Virus record (IMG/VR): IMGVR_UViG_3300009602_000006
Span: 1 to 39,088 of that record
Origin: a virus
Taxonomy: Duplodnaviria > Caudoviricetes
Length of the DNA stretch: 39,088 nt
Direction: 5' to 3' (one strand)
Below, piece after piece: positions 17,948 to 27,781 of the stretch. Each line of letters opens with the position of its first letter. The stretch's first letter is position 1. The notes beneath the pieces were generated by a model. The model ran no database searches. It had not been told where the DNA came from and was given only the letters and a program-made list of their open reading frames with translations. Both the position numbers and the translations under genes were made by a program.

Positions 17948-18285
17948 ATGCCGTATACCAACGAACTGCTCCCGTTTACCGGCGCGCTGGGGCTTACAGT
18001 TTCCACGTCGTATGAAGCCGCCGAGAAGATGGCAGGCAAGGCGGGGACCAAGCGCCGGAACGTGCTGGTCGCTCTCGGCCACCACCCGAAAGGGCTGACC
18101 GACAAGGAACTCCAAGCCCTGTTACGCATGGGCGGCAGCACAGAGCGCCCACGGCGCATCGAGCTGCATCAGGCAAAATTGATCCACGCCAGCGGCGACC
18201 GTTATGTGCAGGAACACGGCAGGTAGTGTGGTCGTTGACCGCGCTCGGGGAAATAGTGATGGAGGGAGGCTGTGTGGAAGCATGA
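17948..18285 (+). pseudogene. Winged-HTH protein, apparently frameshifted
   Basis: TSYEAA...GLTDKEL...RPRRIEL stops at 18226. The expected VVWSLT tail lies in the -1 frame (18223-18285) and ends in an ATGA overlap with the next gene. Confidence 0.55.
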
Positions 18286-18446
18286 GCGATCCGATCCTGG
18301 CAGTGGAGTCAGACATAGATCCTCTCTGGATTCCGTGTCGGTCGTGCGATGAATACTGGTGCGTCAAGCATGAGAAGCACGTCTTCGAGTGCGACTGTCC
18401 CCCCATAGAGGAGTGGGTCGAGAAGGGGACGAACCCGTATGGCTAG
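18282..18446 (+). CDS. Small Cys/His-rich protein (54 aa)
   Basis: CRSCDEYWCVKHEKHVFECDC; GGAGG upstream. Confidence 0.6.
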   Translation: MSDPILAVESDIDPLWIPCRSCDEYWCVKHEKHVFECDCPPIEEWVEKGTNPYG

Positions 18447-18972
18447 GTCGAATATTCCTCTTGATTTCCCGACGCCAGACTTTGCGCGGATACGGGAGGA
18501 ATCTGGCTCCGTCACGGAACGGGCGATGCGGTCCCTCTACTTCTCGGCTCTTGACACGCGCCGTCGATTGCGACGGATTCAACAGGAGCTTGCATGGAAA
18601 AGCACCCCGTTTCTGGCAGGGAATTTCACCGCCAACACGGGCACATGGACCGTCGCCAGCGCCGACCAGAAGCAGTACGACTTTATCAAAATCGGCCAGT
18701 TCCTGGTGGTGAACTTCTTTCTGGAGGATACGACGACCTCCTCCAGCATGGGCAATCAACTCCAGATCCAGCTCCCGAAGGGGATGTCCGCGTCTGCAAC
18801 GACCTACACGGGGCCGCTGACGATCAAGGGATCGGTCGATACGGAAGGCTACATCACCACCGGAGGCACGGATAAGCTCTATTGTTTCCGCACCGATCAT
18901 GCGGCCTGGCCGTCCAGTATTACGGACAATGTCGACCTCCGTGGCATGATCACCCTCGCGGTGACTGGGTGA
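18439..18972 (+). CDS. Tail-associated protein
   Basis: FIKIGQFLVVNF...IQLP motif common in tail/fibre domains. Confidence 0.65.
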   Translation: MARSNIPLDFPTPDFARIREESGSVTERAMRSLYFSALDTRRRLRRIQQELAWKSTPFLAGNFTANTGTWTVASADQKQYDFIKIGQFLVVNFFLEDTTTSSSMGNQLQIQLPKGMSASATTYTGPLTIKGSVDTEGYITTGGTDKLYCFRTDHAAWPSSITDNVDLRGMITLAVTG

Positions 18973-18982
18973 TATACTGACG

Positions 18983-19459
18983 ATGGGAAACGGAAACGGT
19001 CACGCTGCTGACATTCGGCTTCGGAACTACACGATCGGCGATCCCCCTCGCGTCATGGGCTGGTATGATGCGGATCGTAATGGGTTTGAGTTATTTATGG
19101 GAATGCCCATCCCTGATAGTGTGGCGCTGTCGATGTCGATGAATTTGCTCCTCCAGGATGCCAGGAACCAGCAGTCCGTCTTTCAAATGATTGATCGAGG
19201 CAGTGAGACGATTGGGTTTACGGCACTGACGAACATCACGCCAGATCGGACGTTTGGTCAGCCACATCTTTATATTGCCCCGTCTTATCGCCGGTACAGT
19301 ATCGCGTCGGCTCACGCATCCGAACGCTATGCCAAGACGCTGGGGCTCAAGAATTTCATTATCACGGTCGAAACTACCAATCCGCGTGGGATGGCGATTG
19401 CCAAGCGCCTTCACTACATCGAGGTACCACGACGGACGTTTACAAAGGAGTTGACGTAA
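18983..19459 (+). CDS. GNAT-fold acetyltransferase-like protein
   Basis: IGF.AL..I, YIAPSYRR, V...NPRG....KRL.Y; typical position before podophage internal virion proteins. Confidence 0.75.
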   Translation: MGNGNGHAADIRLRNYTIGDPPRVMGWYDADRNGFELFMGMPIPDSVALSMSMNLLLQDARNQQSVFQMIDRGSETIGFTALTNITPDRTFGQPHLYIAPSYRRYSIASAHASERYAKTLGLKNFIITVETTNPRGMAIAKRLHYIEVPRRTFTKELT

Positions 19460-20238
19460 TGGGTAGTGCAGCAGTTCCGATTGCAGCGGCAGGGCTAGGT
19501 GGGCTTGGGAGCTATCTGTCAGGGGCGCGGCCTGAATCGGCTAAAATTGAAGGTTACGGAGGAGTACAGTTTCCAGGGCTCAATCCGCAGCGGATCTTCA
19601 AGGGTGCGTTGGGGGATCTGGGACGGATGGGGGCTCTCGCCACGCAGTATGCCGCTACTCCGGTCTCGATGCCGAGTTCCTATGTGCAGCCACTCCCGAT
19701 GTTCAAGGGGGCTGGTCCCGTTGATGTGTTTGCTGGTGGGATTGACCCGGCGCTTCCTCGCCCAGAACTGCAGTTTCGGAGTGGTGTCGATTGGGGGGAT
19801 AGTCCACTAAGTATTCCGTTTACCCAAACAGGGGCTGGATTGGAGGATGTCTCTCAGTTGAACTCCGATCAGGATGTTATTGCTGGTGAAGTTTCCAGAG
19901 GTGGGCAGGAATTTATGCGCGGTGCGGTTCAGCAACCAGCACCAGCGCCAGCTTTCGGGGGTGCTCATTCGGGGTTGAAAGAGATGCAGCAGGCATTATC
20001 GTTACTAAGACCTGGAGCTGATGCTCCTGGCGAGTTTAGCGAGTTTCTCTTTACCGGCGCGTCTGGGCCACGGGGACTAGCGGCAGCCGTCCCTGAACGC
20101 CTCTGGGGGTCAAAAGACTCTCCTATGTATGATCTAGAGAAAATGCAGCGAACGATTTATGGGCAGGCCGGATATCCGACAACAGGAACTGGTGGAGTAT
20201 TCCCAGCGTCTCCCAAGAAGAGCGGGAAGAATACGTAG
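19459..20238 (+). CDS. Probable internal virion/ejection protein
   Basis: N-terminal AAAGLGGLGSYLSG motif; position in the genome. Confidence 0.6.
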   Translation: MGSAAVPIAAAGLGGLGSYLSGARPESAKIEGYGGVQFPGLNPQRIFKGALGDLGRMGALATQYAATPVSMPSSYVQPLPMFKGAGPVDVFAGGIDPALPRPELQFRSGVDWGDSPLSIPFTQTGAGLEDVSQLNSDQDVIAGEVSRGGQEFMRGAVQQPAPAPAFGGAHSGLKEMQQALSLLRPGADAPGEFSEFLFTGASGPRGLAAAVPERLWGSKDSPMYDLEKMQRTIYGQAGYPTTGTGGVFPASPKKSGKNT

Positions 20239-20255
20239 GGAAGTGAGCGAATCGT

Positions 20256-22043
20256 ATGCCAAAAAAAGCTCCGTGGTTTGAAACGCAAACGGGTGCCGTG
20301 GAAGGCCTTGAACCATGGGGTGATACGGGTGACTGGTCAGACTATGGGGCTGCTGGTGCATGGGGAGGGACTGCCGAGACCAATCCATGGCTGATTCCAG
20401 GACCCATAGGCGATTATGGTGAGTACTCCTTGGGGTATGAGGGCACAGGGGTTCCTGGTCCCGGTCTGGGACCTGACGGGCTCATGCCCTTCAATCTTGA
20501 GGATCTTGGGGAGACTTCGTCAGGACTTAGTGACATCCTTGAAGGTTCTGACTACAGCCTACAATTCGATCCGCTCGCCACGGCGAGGAGAAGTTGGCGT
20601 CCGACGTATGGGATCGAAGGCCCTGAAGGCGATACTGGTTACCATATTTCTCGCGGCGGTGGTGGCGAGACTCTGTTGGAGGAGCAGTACGCAGGCTTTC
20701 CGTGGGTAGGTTATCAGGATCCAAACGAAAGACCTGGTGTAAATGAAGACGAAGTAGCTTGCATAGCAAGGGGTGGGTCGTGGAATGGTATTGACTGCGA
20801 TATGCCACCAGCTCCACCCGAGCCACCAGCTCCACCCACGCCCCCAACCACATCTATAGACGATCTTAGACTACAGTGCGAATTGGCTGGAGGGACGTGG
20901 ACCAGTAGTGGTTGCACCTTTCCAGGAGTGGAACCCACAATAAATACAAGCAATATTCCTCCTACCGGGCCTGCTCCTGGGGCAATGGACCCGAATCTGC
21001 TCAAGTATCCTGGATCGGAGATGCTGGACTTTCTGGGACAGATTCCGTACTCATCGACCAGTGCTCCGCTGACTCCAGGACCTTATCAGGATATTTTTAC
21101 CCAGGAAGTGGCAGCCGATCCACTCTCACGGAAGGCTAATCTAGCCCTAGAAGATCTGATTCATCGTGGGGGTGTCGTGGCCACGCCGTTTACCTCTGAG
21201 ACTGAAGGGGCTATTAAAAACATTATTCAACGTGAAGGGCAATTACTTCCTACCGAAGCGGAGGCAACGGTCTTCAAGAACCTCAGTGATGCAGTGCAGA
21301 ATTGGGGCGAAGCCCCTCTGACCACCACTGAAGCGGCGTCTCAGGGCGTCATTAAGGATCTTCTGGCGAGCGGTGGGGTCTTACCACAGGATCAGGCCAG
21401 GCAGGCGATGGCTATCGAAGCGGCCCGATCTCCACTGGATCGTCTCCGGGCCGCACAGCTCTCTCAGGGACAAGCCGCACTCGCAGACCGGGGATTACTT
21501 GGGCAGGGACCGGAAGTCGATTACATGGAGCGGCTGGAGACACAGCTGGCTCCGATGTATACCGAGGCCGCTCAGCAGATTGCGCTTGAAGAAGGGGAAC
21601 GGTCTGATGCCCGGTATCGGCAGGCGCTCGATCAACTCAACCAGCAAGCGATGACCCAGCGACTCTCGACGGATCAGCGGTTCGCGCAGGCACGGTCGCT
21701 TCAGACCGACATTGCGCTGGATCGGGCGCAGCGGCAGGATTCCCGGCTCCAGACCGCGATTCAGCAGGCCGCCAACCTCACGGTTGAGCAGAGCCGGAAC
21801 CTGGTGAACTCGATCAATGCCCTCACAGGAGTCCAGCAGATGCGGACCGACGCCGCGCTGGAAGTACTGGATCGCAACATGGAGTGGAATAAGTTCCTCG
21901 CCGAATACGGCCTCGAACGCGACAGGACGATGGCCGAACTCCAGCAGGGGCGGTACGAGTTCCTGCTTCCGTTACTTCAAGAGTACTTCAAGGCTGCGGC
22001 AATGGCTGCCGAAGGCTATGTGAGTGGTACTAGGGAGGGATAA
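20256..22043 (+). CDS. Probable internal virion/ejection protein
   Basis: G/P-rich N-half, LADRGLLGQG, Q/A-rich helical C-half. Confidence 0.65.
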   Translation: MPKKAPWFETQTGAVEGLEPWGDTGDWSDYGAAGAWGGTAETNPWLIPGPIGDYGEYSLGYEGTGVPGPGLGPDGLMPFNLEDLGETSSGLSDILEGSDYSLQFDPLATARRSWRPTYGIEGPEGDTGYHISRGGGGETLLEEQYAGFPWVGYQDPNERPGVNEDEVACIARGGSWNGIDCDMPPAPPEPPAPPTPPTTSIDDLRLQCELAGGTWTSSGCTFPGVEPTINTSNIPPTGPAPGAMDPNLLKYPGSEMLDFLGQIPYSSTSAPLTPGPYQDIFTQEVAADPLSRKANLALEDLIHRGGVVATPFTSETEGAIKNIIQREGQLLPTEAEATVFKNLSDAVQNWGEAPLTTTEAASQGVIKDLLASGGVLPQDQARQAMAIEAARSPLDRLRAAQLSQGQAALADRGLLGQGPEVDYMERLETQLAPMYTEAAQQIALEEGERSDARYRQALDQLNQQAMTQRLSTDQRFAQARSLQTDIALDRAQRQDSRLQTAIQQAANLTVEQSRNLVNSINALTGVQQMRTDAALEVLDRNMEWNKFLAEYGLERDRTMAELQQGRYEFLLPLLQEYFKAAAMAAEGYVSGTREG

Positions 22044-22048
22044 TAATC

Positions 22049-22366
22049 ATGCCATTTAATCCGTATACCGGCACGCCAGGCGGTCCAGGGGCACCTGTAG
22101 CCCCGCAGCGTCAGGGAGCGCCCCAGGCACGGCCAATGTTTGGGAACATCGGGGGTGCGCCTACACAAGCACGCACAACGCGGCGGAGACCGATGGGGCC
22201 ACGGCCGCAGGGACCGCCTGGGGTCCAACGACGTGGGGTCGCTCCGTTGCCTGATACCCGGTTGGCCGCTCCGGCACAGACGCCTGGACCGTGGGGAGGG
22301 GGCGACCCGCCCATGAGTCCGGCGATGGCTCGGTTGATTGGGAATGGAGGGTATCGCCGTGGCTAG
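22049..22366 (+). CDS. Pro/Gly/Arg-rich low-complexity protein
   Basis: GGAGG RBS; fills the gap between neighbours. Confidence 0.55.
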   Translation: MPFNPYTGTPGGPGAPVAPQRQGAPQARPMFGNIGGAPTQARTTRRRPMGPRPQGPPGVQRRGVAPLPDTRLAAPAQTPGPWGGGDPPMSPAMARLIGNGGYRRG

Positions 22367-22655
22367 CGTGCGTCGAAAGTCACTGATGGAGGCCCAGCAG
22401 GGGGGACGTACTGGGAGGCAGGGCGTTGGGGATTTCCTTCTCGGGTTTTCCAAGGGTCTAGAGCCCCAAGAGACGAAGAATCTAGAAATGGAACAAATAA
22501 TCTGTGCAATTAGTGGGGGAACGTGGAACGAGGAGGCCGGCGTGTGCGACACCCCACTGTCAAGTCAGCCGACCCAAGGAACCACTGGAACGACAGGGAG
22601 CACCCCGGTTCGGCTCGGGGCGCCTACACCTGGATCTGGATGGCGTAGGACGTAA
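22359..22655 (+). CDS. Hypothetical protein with a CxxxGGxW..C motif
   Basis: GGAGG then GTG at 22359. Confidence 0.6.
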   Translation: MASVRRKSLMEAQQGGRTGRQGVGDFLLGFSKGLEPQETKNLEMEQIICAISGGTWNEEAGVCDTPLSSQPTQGTTGTTGSTPVRLGAPTPGSGWRRT

Positions 22656-22657
22656 TC

Positions 22658-24556
22658 ATGGTTGATTGGAGACGCATTGGACTTGGATTGGTGGGAGGTG
22701 GAGAGGGGTTGCTCCGGGCATATGAGGCTGAGCCCCTGCGGAAGTATCGGCAGGCGCAGCTTGCAGAACTTGAGGAGACCCTGAAGGCTCGTAAAATGTA
22801 TCAGGCTTTATTGGAACGTGGTCGTCCAACAGAACGTCGTGACATTCCCGGTGAAGAGACACCTGAGCCAGTCGTACAACGTCGAAGCGTTATCAGAAAT
22901 CAAATTCTTGGGCCTTCTCCTCCTCCTACGTCAATGTTATCTCCGGATACTTTCCAGCCTTCTCCCCGTATGCCTATCGGAGGGGTGCAGGATGAACCAC
23001 CAGTTTTTCCGGGGTTAAAGGGGGCGTTCCAGCCTCCTCCAGAGCTTCGTCAGCAACGGGTGGATAGGGGGATTCCGGGAGGTAGGTCTCTTGAGGTTCC
23101 CCAACCGCGAGTTCCAGTCTCGCCGTCTCCGGATGATCTGACTGTGCCTCTTGGCTGGGAGCGGACTCAACCGCAACCGATCCCGCGGCAGATTGCTCCT
23201 CAGCCGCCCCGAGGAGTGCCTCCAGAGACTCCGCAAAGAGGCATGCCTCCATTCCAGTCGAATCTATTGCGTCTGATGCAAGAGTCGGGTCTTGGCAGGC
23301 CATCCGCACCCCCTTCGATGGGACCTGCACCACCTTTGACGCAGCCCACTTTTGAGGCTGAAACCACGGGCGTTGATCTGTTTTCTCCAGAGCCAGCAAA
23401 GTATGATCAATACGAGATGGAACTTGCGGAGTTGGCGTCGAACGCAGGGATAACACGTCCACTTCCGCCTCAAGTAAGACCAGAGTGGGAGGCGTGGGAG
23501 ACAGGACAGATTGAGTTGCTGAAGGAACTCACCTCGATGGTCAATGCTCCCCACAAGTGTCTGGACTATACGGATAGTAACCTCCAGCCTCGTACTACCT
23601 GTATGAATGTCCAGGCTATGACGAGTCCTGGCCTAGTGGCCTGGGGGAAACAAAACCATCCGAGAATTGCCGCGATGCTCCCTGACGGTATCGGGACGGT
23701 GTATGACCCGACAGCTCCTCTCGACGCACCGACTTCGGCTGAGATTAACGAGCGATTTATCGCAGAGGGAGCATCACCAGACCAGATCGTTGCAAATCTC
23801 TATACGACGCCAATGGATGAGAGCAATCCCATGCGTCAGCGTATGAATACGAATCCACTGGGTGGGGTGATACCGCTAGTGGGTGGTGGTATCACATTTG
23901 TGAAGTTGTCGGCAGATAACGAGCGGTTCCTTCACCAAATGATTCCGTTGTCGAATGTGACTATGTTGATTGCGGACTATGGAAAAAAACTAAACAAGGA
24001 AGATTATGCGTTTCTTGGAAAACTGAAAGGATATGGGCAAACGGTTGATGCGTGGTTTGGTCTGGAGTATTTCCTTGATCCCAATGAGTCCGGAATTTCT
24101 AATATCGAAAAAAACAAGCGGCTGATGGCCAAGGAACGAGCGGCGACCTCCAAGGCGGCCTTGAGCGAAGATCAGGTTAGCGAATTGAGGGTTCTTGAGT
24201 CACTCGCTTCGGATGATTTGCTGCATTTCGCAAGACTCCGGAACGCCTTTGCCGGGTTGTACGCTGAACTCGGTGGTGAACGCGGGCGGAAGACTGAGGA
24301 CGACGTGCGTCGGGCCAAGCAGATGCTCGCTGGAGTCGGCGATCCAAAAGGATTGACCGAAAAGCAGATTCGTTTGATCTTCAAGAATTTCGTTGATCAA
24401 TATGATGGGATTCTCTATGGAGCGGGGTATGTTCTCGATGATGATATTGAGTTTATGAGAGAGTATTTAGCGTCGCCGCTAGAAGATACCCCTGGTCCTC
24501 TCTCTGGGGGGGACTCCGTACAGAGCCGCGCAGGCTCACTCTTGAATAATCCCTAA
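22658..24556 (+). CDS. Probable internal virion protein, Pro-rich N-half
   Basis: 632 aa; GRKTEDDV..AKQML motif resembling ejection proteins. Confidence 0.65.
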   Translation: MVDWRRIGLGLVGGGEGLLRAYEAEPLRKYRQAQLAELEETLKARKMYQALLERGRPTERRDIPGEETPEPVVQRRSVIRNQILGPSPPPTSMLSPDTFQPSPRMPIGGVQDEPPVFPGLKGAFQPPPELRQQRVDRGIPGGRSLEVPQPRVPVSPSPDDLTVPLGWERTQPQPIPRQIAPQPPRGVPPETPQRGMPPFQSNLLRLMQESGLGRPSAPPSMGPAPPLTQPTFEAETTGVDLFSPEPAKYDQYEMELAELASNAGITRPLPPQVRPEWEAWETGQIELLKELTSMVNAPHKCLDYTDSNLQPRTTCMNVQAMTSPGLVAWGKQNHPRIAAMLPDGIGTVYDPTAPLDAPTSAEINERFIAEGASPDQIVANLYTTPMDESNPMRQRMNTNPLGGVIPLVGGGITFVKLSADNERFLHQMIPLSNVTMLIADYGKKLNKEDYAFLGKLKGYGQTVDAWFGLEYFLDPNESGISNIEKNKRLMAKERAATSKAALSEDQVSELRVLESLASDDLLHFARLRNAFAGLYAELGGERGRKTEDDVRRAKQMLAGVGDPKGLTEKQIRLIFKNFVDQYDGILYGAGYVLDDDIEFMREYLASPLEDTPGPLSGGDSVQSRAGSLLNNP

Positions 24557-26700
24557 TGGCAAGTGAACGAGAAGATACGATTCGGGGCCTTGTTCGTCAA
24601 TATGCGAAGAAGTTCGGTGTGCCCTATCCATTTGCGCTGGCTATCCTGGAACGTGAATCGTCGTATGACCCACGGGCGCTCTCTCCACGAGGAGCCCAGG
24701 GGCTCATGCAGCTCATGCCCCAGACGGCCAAGTCGTACAATGTTACTGATCCATTTGATCCAGACCAGAATGTTCGAGCGGGTATTCAACATCTCTCAAT
24801 CCTGCTCAAGCGGTATCAAGGCGATCAGCGTCTCGCGGCAGCCGCCTATAACGCTGGAGAGGGTGCTGTGGCGCAGGCGGGTGGGGTGCCGCCTTTCCCT
24901 GAAACGCAGAAATTTGTGGAGGCGGTACAATCACGGATGCCACAGATCCAACCACCGTCAGGAGGCGATGATGTCTATCTCGCGATTGGTGGTGACGACA
25001 CTCGCCGCCAAGAGGTGCCTCCTGCTGTGACAAACGGAGAGACCCATCGCCTCTGGATTTATCCGACGTTTGAGCAAAAAGACCCCGAGTACACGGGTAC
25101 CTCGTTGTTGGGACGATCCGGCGATCAGCCGCTTCCAATGGATCATCCGAAACGGGGGGGCATTATGGTGTCATGGACTGGTGCCCGCAAAAAACCTACT
25201 GAGGAAGAAATCGACTTTATTTTCTCACAGGTGAATCCAGAAGGGGTCATTACCAGAGAGGATCTGGCGGCCGGCGGGGCTGCGTCGGCTACGATAGGCC
25301 GTGATGTTGCTAGCCTCGTAAAAAGAGGGGTAGGTGCTCTGACAGCTGCCGGTCGGGCTGCGCGTCCTGCGCTCTCTGCGGGTAGTAGATTCTTGGGGCC
25401 TGCTGGATTGCTCGGAATGCCTTTTCTCGCAGGCGCTGGAGCGATGGGCGGAGAATTGTATCGGCAAAGTCTGGTGCCCGAGTCGGTCGTGGTTCCGGGC
25501 GCACGTACGTTTGGCATTGAGAGCTGGCCGCGTGAGAATGCGGCTGGTATCGACTACGAAGGGGCTCCCAATACGTTAGCAGAGAAGGCGTGGGCCACGG
25601 CGGTCGCCGGGGCTGGGGAAGCGACCATGGAAATGGGCGGCGGTCTCGTCGCCAGTGGCCTTAAAGGTCTTGGCAGGGCGTGGAAGGGAAGCGCCTTTCC
25701 ATCCGCTGCACGAGCTTCGCAGGAGACTCGCCGTATTGATCCGACGACGGATCTGCTCGTCAAAGGGCCAGACCCACGTCAGGCGGTTATGGATTTTGGT
25801 ACTTCGACCACAGAGAGTGGCGCACTAGACGCGGCTAATATCGCACGATTCTCTGATTCCGTGACCAGCAAACTGGTGATTGAGGCTGACACCGCCCTCG
25901 ACAATCCCATGATTAACAAGAGTCAGCTGATTGAGGATTTTTACAAGAACCTGGGAGTAACGGAGACAGCTCGTAAAGCCGCCCTGGGCCAGCCTCAACT
26001 CCAGAACGAGGCTGCAAAAATAGCGAGCCAGTTGAGTGTGTTGGGCGGGGAGAGTCCTTTCTTGACTCTTATGGACGCCAATGCTTTTCGGAAGACCGCC
26101 AATTCTCTGGGACGACAGGCGTTTGAAAAAAGTGCCGATGAGAGCGTAAGTGTAGTCCCGCGTGTGCAGAAGGCGGCGGCCCAGGCGTTACGGAAGAATC
26201 TCGTGGATACGATGCGCGTCATGGAGCCATCGATCGCTCGTCGTGGTCTCTTTGGGCGTCTCCCTCGATTTGCCGAACGGTTCGAGAAGTCCCTAGAACG
26301 CACCAATAAAGCACTCAACGCTGAAGAGTTAGCCCGCAAGGCAGCAGCCATCGATGTCCCAGGAGGGTTTACATTAGCTGCCGCGTATTCACTCCCAGCG
26401 TTGGCTGGTCTCGGGTTTCAGTTTCAGGGTTTTCCAGGACTGGCTGTTGGGGCGTTGACCGGAGCGGGTCTCTCGCAAGTGCTCCCGCGTGGGCGCCAGG
26501 TCGCAGGGGGGTCGCTCTACCGGGCCGGGACGCAGGCCGGCAGTATGCCAGCCAACATCTTGAGGGCGCTTCAAGGCTACCGGAGCCAGGGCTATCGATC
26601 TCCTGATAGTTTAGTACCTCGTCCGACTGTGCGGCCACCATTCATCAATCGGTCGTCGTTTATGCGACCGCTACAAGGGACTCCGCCCAATGCCAGATGA
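24556..26700 (+). CDS. Internal virion protein with N-terminal SLT lytic transglycosylase
   Basis: RESSYDPRALSPRGAQGLMQLMP, DPDQNVRAG, AAAYNAG, PFPETQKFV. Confidence 0.9.
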   Translation: MASEREDTIRGLVRQYAKKFGVPYPFALAILERESSYDPRALSPRGAQGLMQLMPQTAKSYNVTDPFDPDQNVRAGIQHLSILLKRYQGDQRLAAAAYNAGEGAVAQAGGVPPFPETQKFVEAVQSRMPQIQPPSGGDDVYLAIGGDDTRRQEVPPAVTNGETHRLWIYPTFEQKDPEYTGTSLLGRSGDQPLPMDHPKRGGIMVSWTGARKKPTEEEIDFIFSQVNPEGVITREDLAAGGAASATIGRDVASLVKRGVGALTAAGRAARPALSAGSRFLGPAGLLGMPFLAGAGAMGGELYRQSLVPESVVVPGARTFGIESWPRENAAGIDYEGAPNTLAEKAWATAVAGAGEATMEMGGGLVASGLKGLGRAWKGSAFPSAARASQETRRIDPTTDLLVKGPDPRQAVMDFGTSTTESGALDAANIARFSDSVTSKLVIEADTALDNPMINKSQLIEDFYKNLGVTETARKAALGQPQLQNEAAKIASQLSVLGGESPFLTLMDANAFRKTANSLGRQAFEKSADESVSVVPRVQKAAAQALRKNLVDTMRVMEPSIARRGLFGRLPRFAERFEKSLERTNKALNAEELARKAAAIDVPGGFTLAAAYSLPALAGLGFQFQGFPGLAVGALTGAGLSQVLPRGRQVAGGSLYRAGTQAGSMPANILRALQGYRSQGYRSPDSLVPRPTVRPPFINRSSFMRPLQGTPPNAR

Positions 26701-26896
26701 TGGATGGAGCGAATATCAACGGCTCGTCCTGGCCGAACTGAAGCGGCTCGACGCCAGTATCCAGGCGTGTCAGAACGAACTGGCAGAAATCCGACTTGGA
26801 CTGGCGGTGCTGCGGACGCGAGCGGTCAGCTGGGGCGCCGTTGGTGGCATGGTGATCTGGCTCACGACCGTTGTGGTCGGCTTAATTGCTGACTGA
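26690..26896 (+). CDS. Holin-like protein (coiled coil plus C-terminal TM)
   Basis: WSEYQRLVLAELKRL... followed by a hydrophobic tail. Confidence 0.55.
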   Translation: MPDDGWSEYQRLVLAELKRLDASIQACQNELAEIRLGLAVLRTRAVSWGAVGGMVIWLTTVVVGLIAD

Positions 26897-26919
26897 CCCC
26901 ACTCACCGATTGACTGGCA

Positions 26920-27093
26920 TTACTTCTCACGCAGGACGGTCATGTCAAACCGTGCTGAGAGCGTCACGACAATCCCCGCCAGGAACGCCAGTGTGATCGA
27001 TCCGATGGGATACCACGTCGTCGTATAGACCGACATGGCTCCCAGCAGGACCGCCCCGATATTCCAGAGGAGGTTCCAGTTCAGGTAGCTCAC
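26920..27093 (-). CDS. Two-TM membrane protein (57 aa)
   Basis: Not in the ORF track. GTG-SYLNWNLLWNIGAVLLGAM...ITLAFLAGIVVTLS; GTGA overlap with the upstream gene. Confidence 0.65.
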   Translation of the reverse strand: MSYLNWNLLWNIGAVLLGAMSVYTTTWYPIGSITLAFLAGIVVTLSARFDMTVLREK

Positions 27094-27437
27094 TGGGTGT
27101 GATATCCACGAAGATCATCGACCACAGCGGCGAGAGCGGCATGGGCGTTTCGGAGAGCTACCTCGGCGTCTATCACGGCCCCCACAGCGTCGGTCAGGGT
27201 CTGATTGGTCATGAGATCGCGGTTCGTGGCGTCTTCCGCGATTGTCAGCAGCGTGCCGGTGAGGTCAATAGCTCGCTGGCGCTTGGTCGCGCTCGGTTGA
27301 TCCACCACGACATCTTCCACGACCTGGATCGCGGTCGAGATGGCCTTGAGGATGGCCCCCGCGGGACCGCCGATTAGGGGAACAAACGGAACGAGACCTT
27401 TGAAGAGTCCACCGATACGTCGCCATGATATGCCCAT
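27090..27437 (-). CDS. Holin-like or amphipathic protein
   Basis: GAAAGGA RBS; amphipathic N-terminus; KRQRAI...AVIDAEVA pattern. Confidence 0.55.
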   Translation of the reverse strand: MGISWRRIGGLFKGLVPFVPLIGGPAGAILKAISTAIQVVEDVVVDQPSATKRQRAIDLTGTLLTIAEDATNRDLMTNQTLTDAVGAVIDAEVALRNAHAALAAVVDDLRGYHTQ

Positions 27438-27492
27438 TAGTGTGTCCTTTCAATGAATCCCCATCTATCAGTCAGCCAGCGTCTTAAATCCT

Positions 27493-27535
27493 TCTAAAGG
27501 GGAAGTGAAACGGAGGTGCTCAGTCCCCGTTAGAT
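27493..27535. repeat. Pseudo-palindromic site A, containing the 22-bp direct repeat (27494-27515)
   Basis: CTAAAGGGGAAGTGAAACGGAG; outer arms TCTAAAGGGGA / TCCCCGTTAGA. Confidence 0.85.
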
Positions 27536-27735
27536 CACGGTTTCAGAATAATACGACGAGACAATAGCCACGGCACGCACCCTTCCGTGCCGCAAGTCGC
27601 GTGGGCCGTCATGTATGGGACGTACCGATTCCACGCCATGTTCGGAGCTTCAGTCTTTCTCTCGTCACGCACCACAAGTGTCTTGCCGCACGTATCGCAC
27701 ACATGCACTCCGTACCCGGCCTCCTCAGTTGTCAT
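27535..27735 (-). CDS. Cassette-like small Cys-rich protein (66 aa)
   Basis: CDTCG...H..C....C; fills the space between the two repeated sites almost exactly. Confidence 0.6.
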   Translation of the reverse strand: MTTEEAGYGVHVCDTCGKTLVVRDERKTEAPNMAWNRYVPYMTAHATCGTEGCVPWLLSRRIILKP

Positions 27736-27738
27736 CTA

Positions 27739-27781
27739 CCTAAAGGGGAAGTGAAACGGAGTTACTAACCCTCTTTTTAGG
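27739..27781. repeat. Pseudo-palindromic site B, containing the same 22-bp repeat (27740-27761)
   Basis: Identical 22-mer; outer arms CCTAAA / TTTAGG. Confidence 0.85.

Noticed and set aside
27494-27761. CRISPR mini-array or canonical integron
   Set aside because: Only two repeats, 246 bp apart, enclosing an ORF; no cas or intI gene; the attC R' box is non-canonical.
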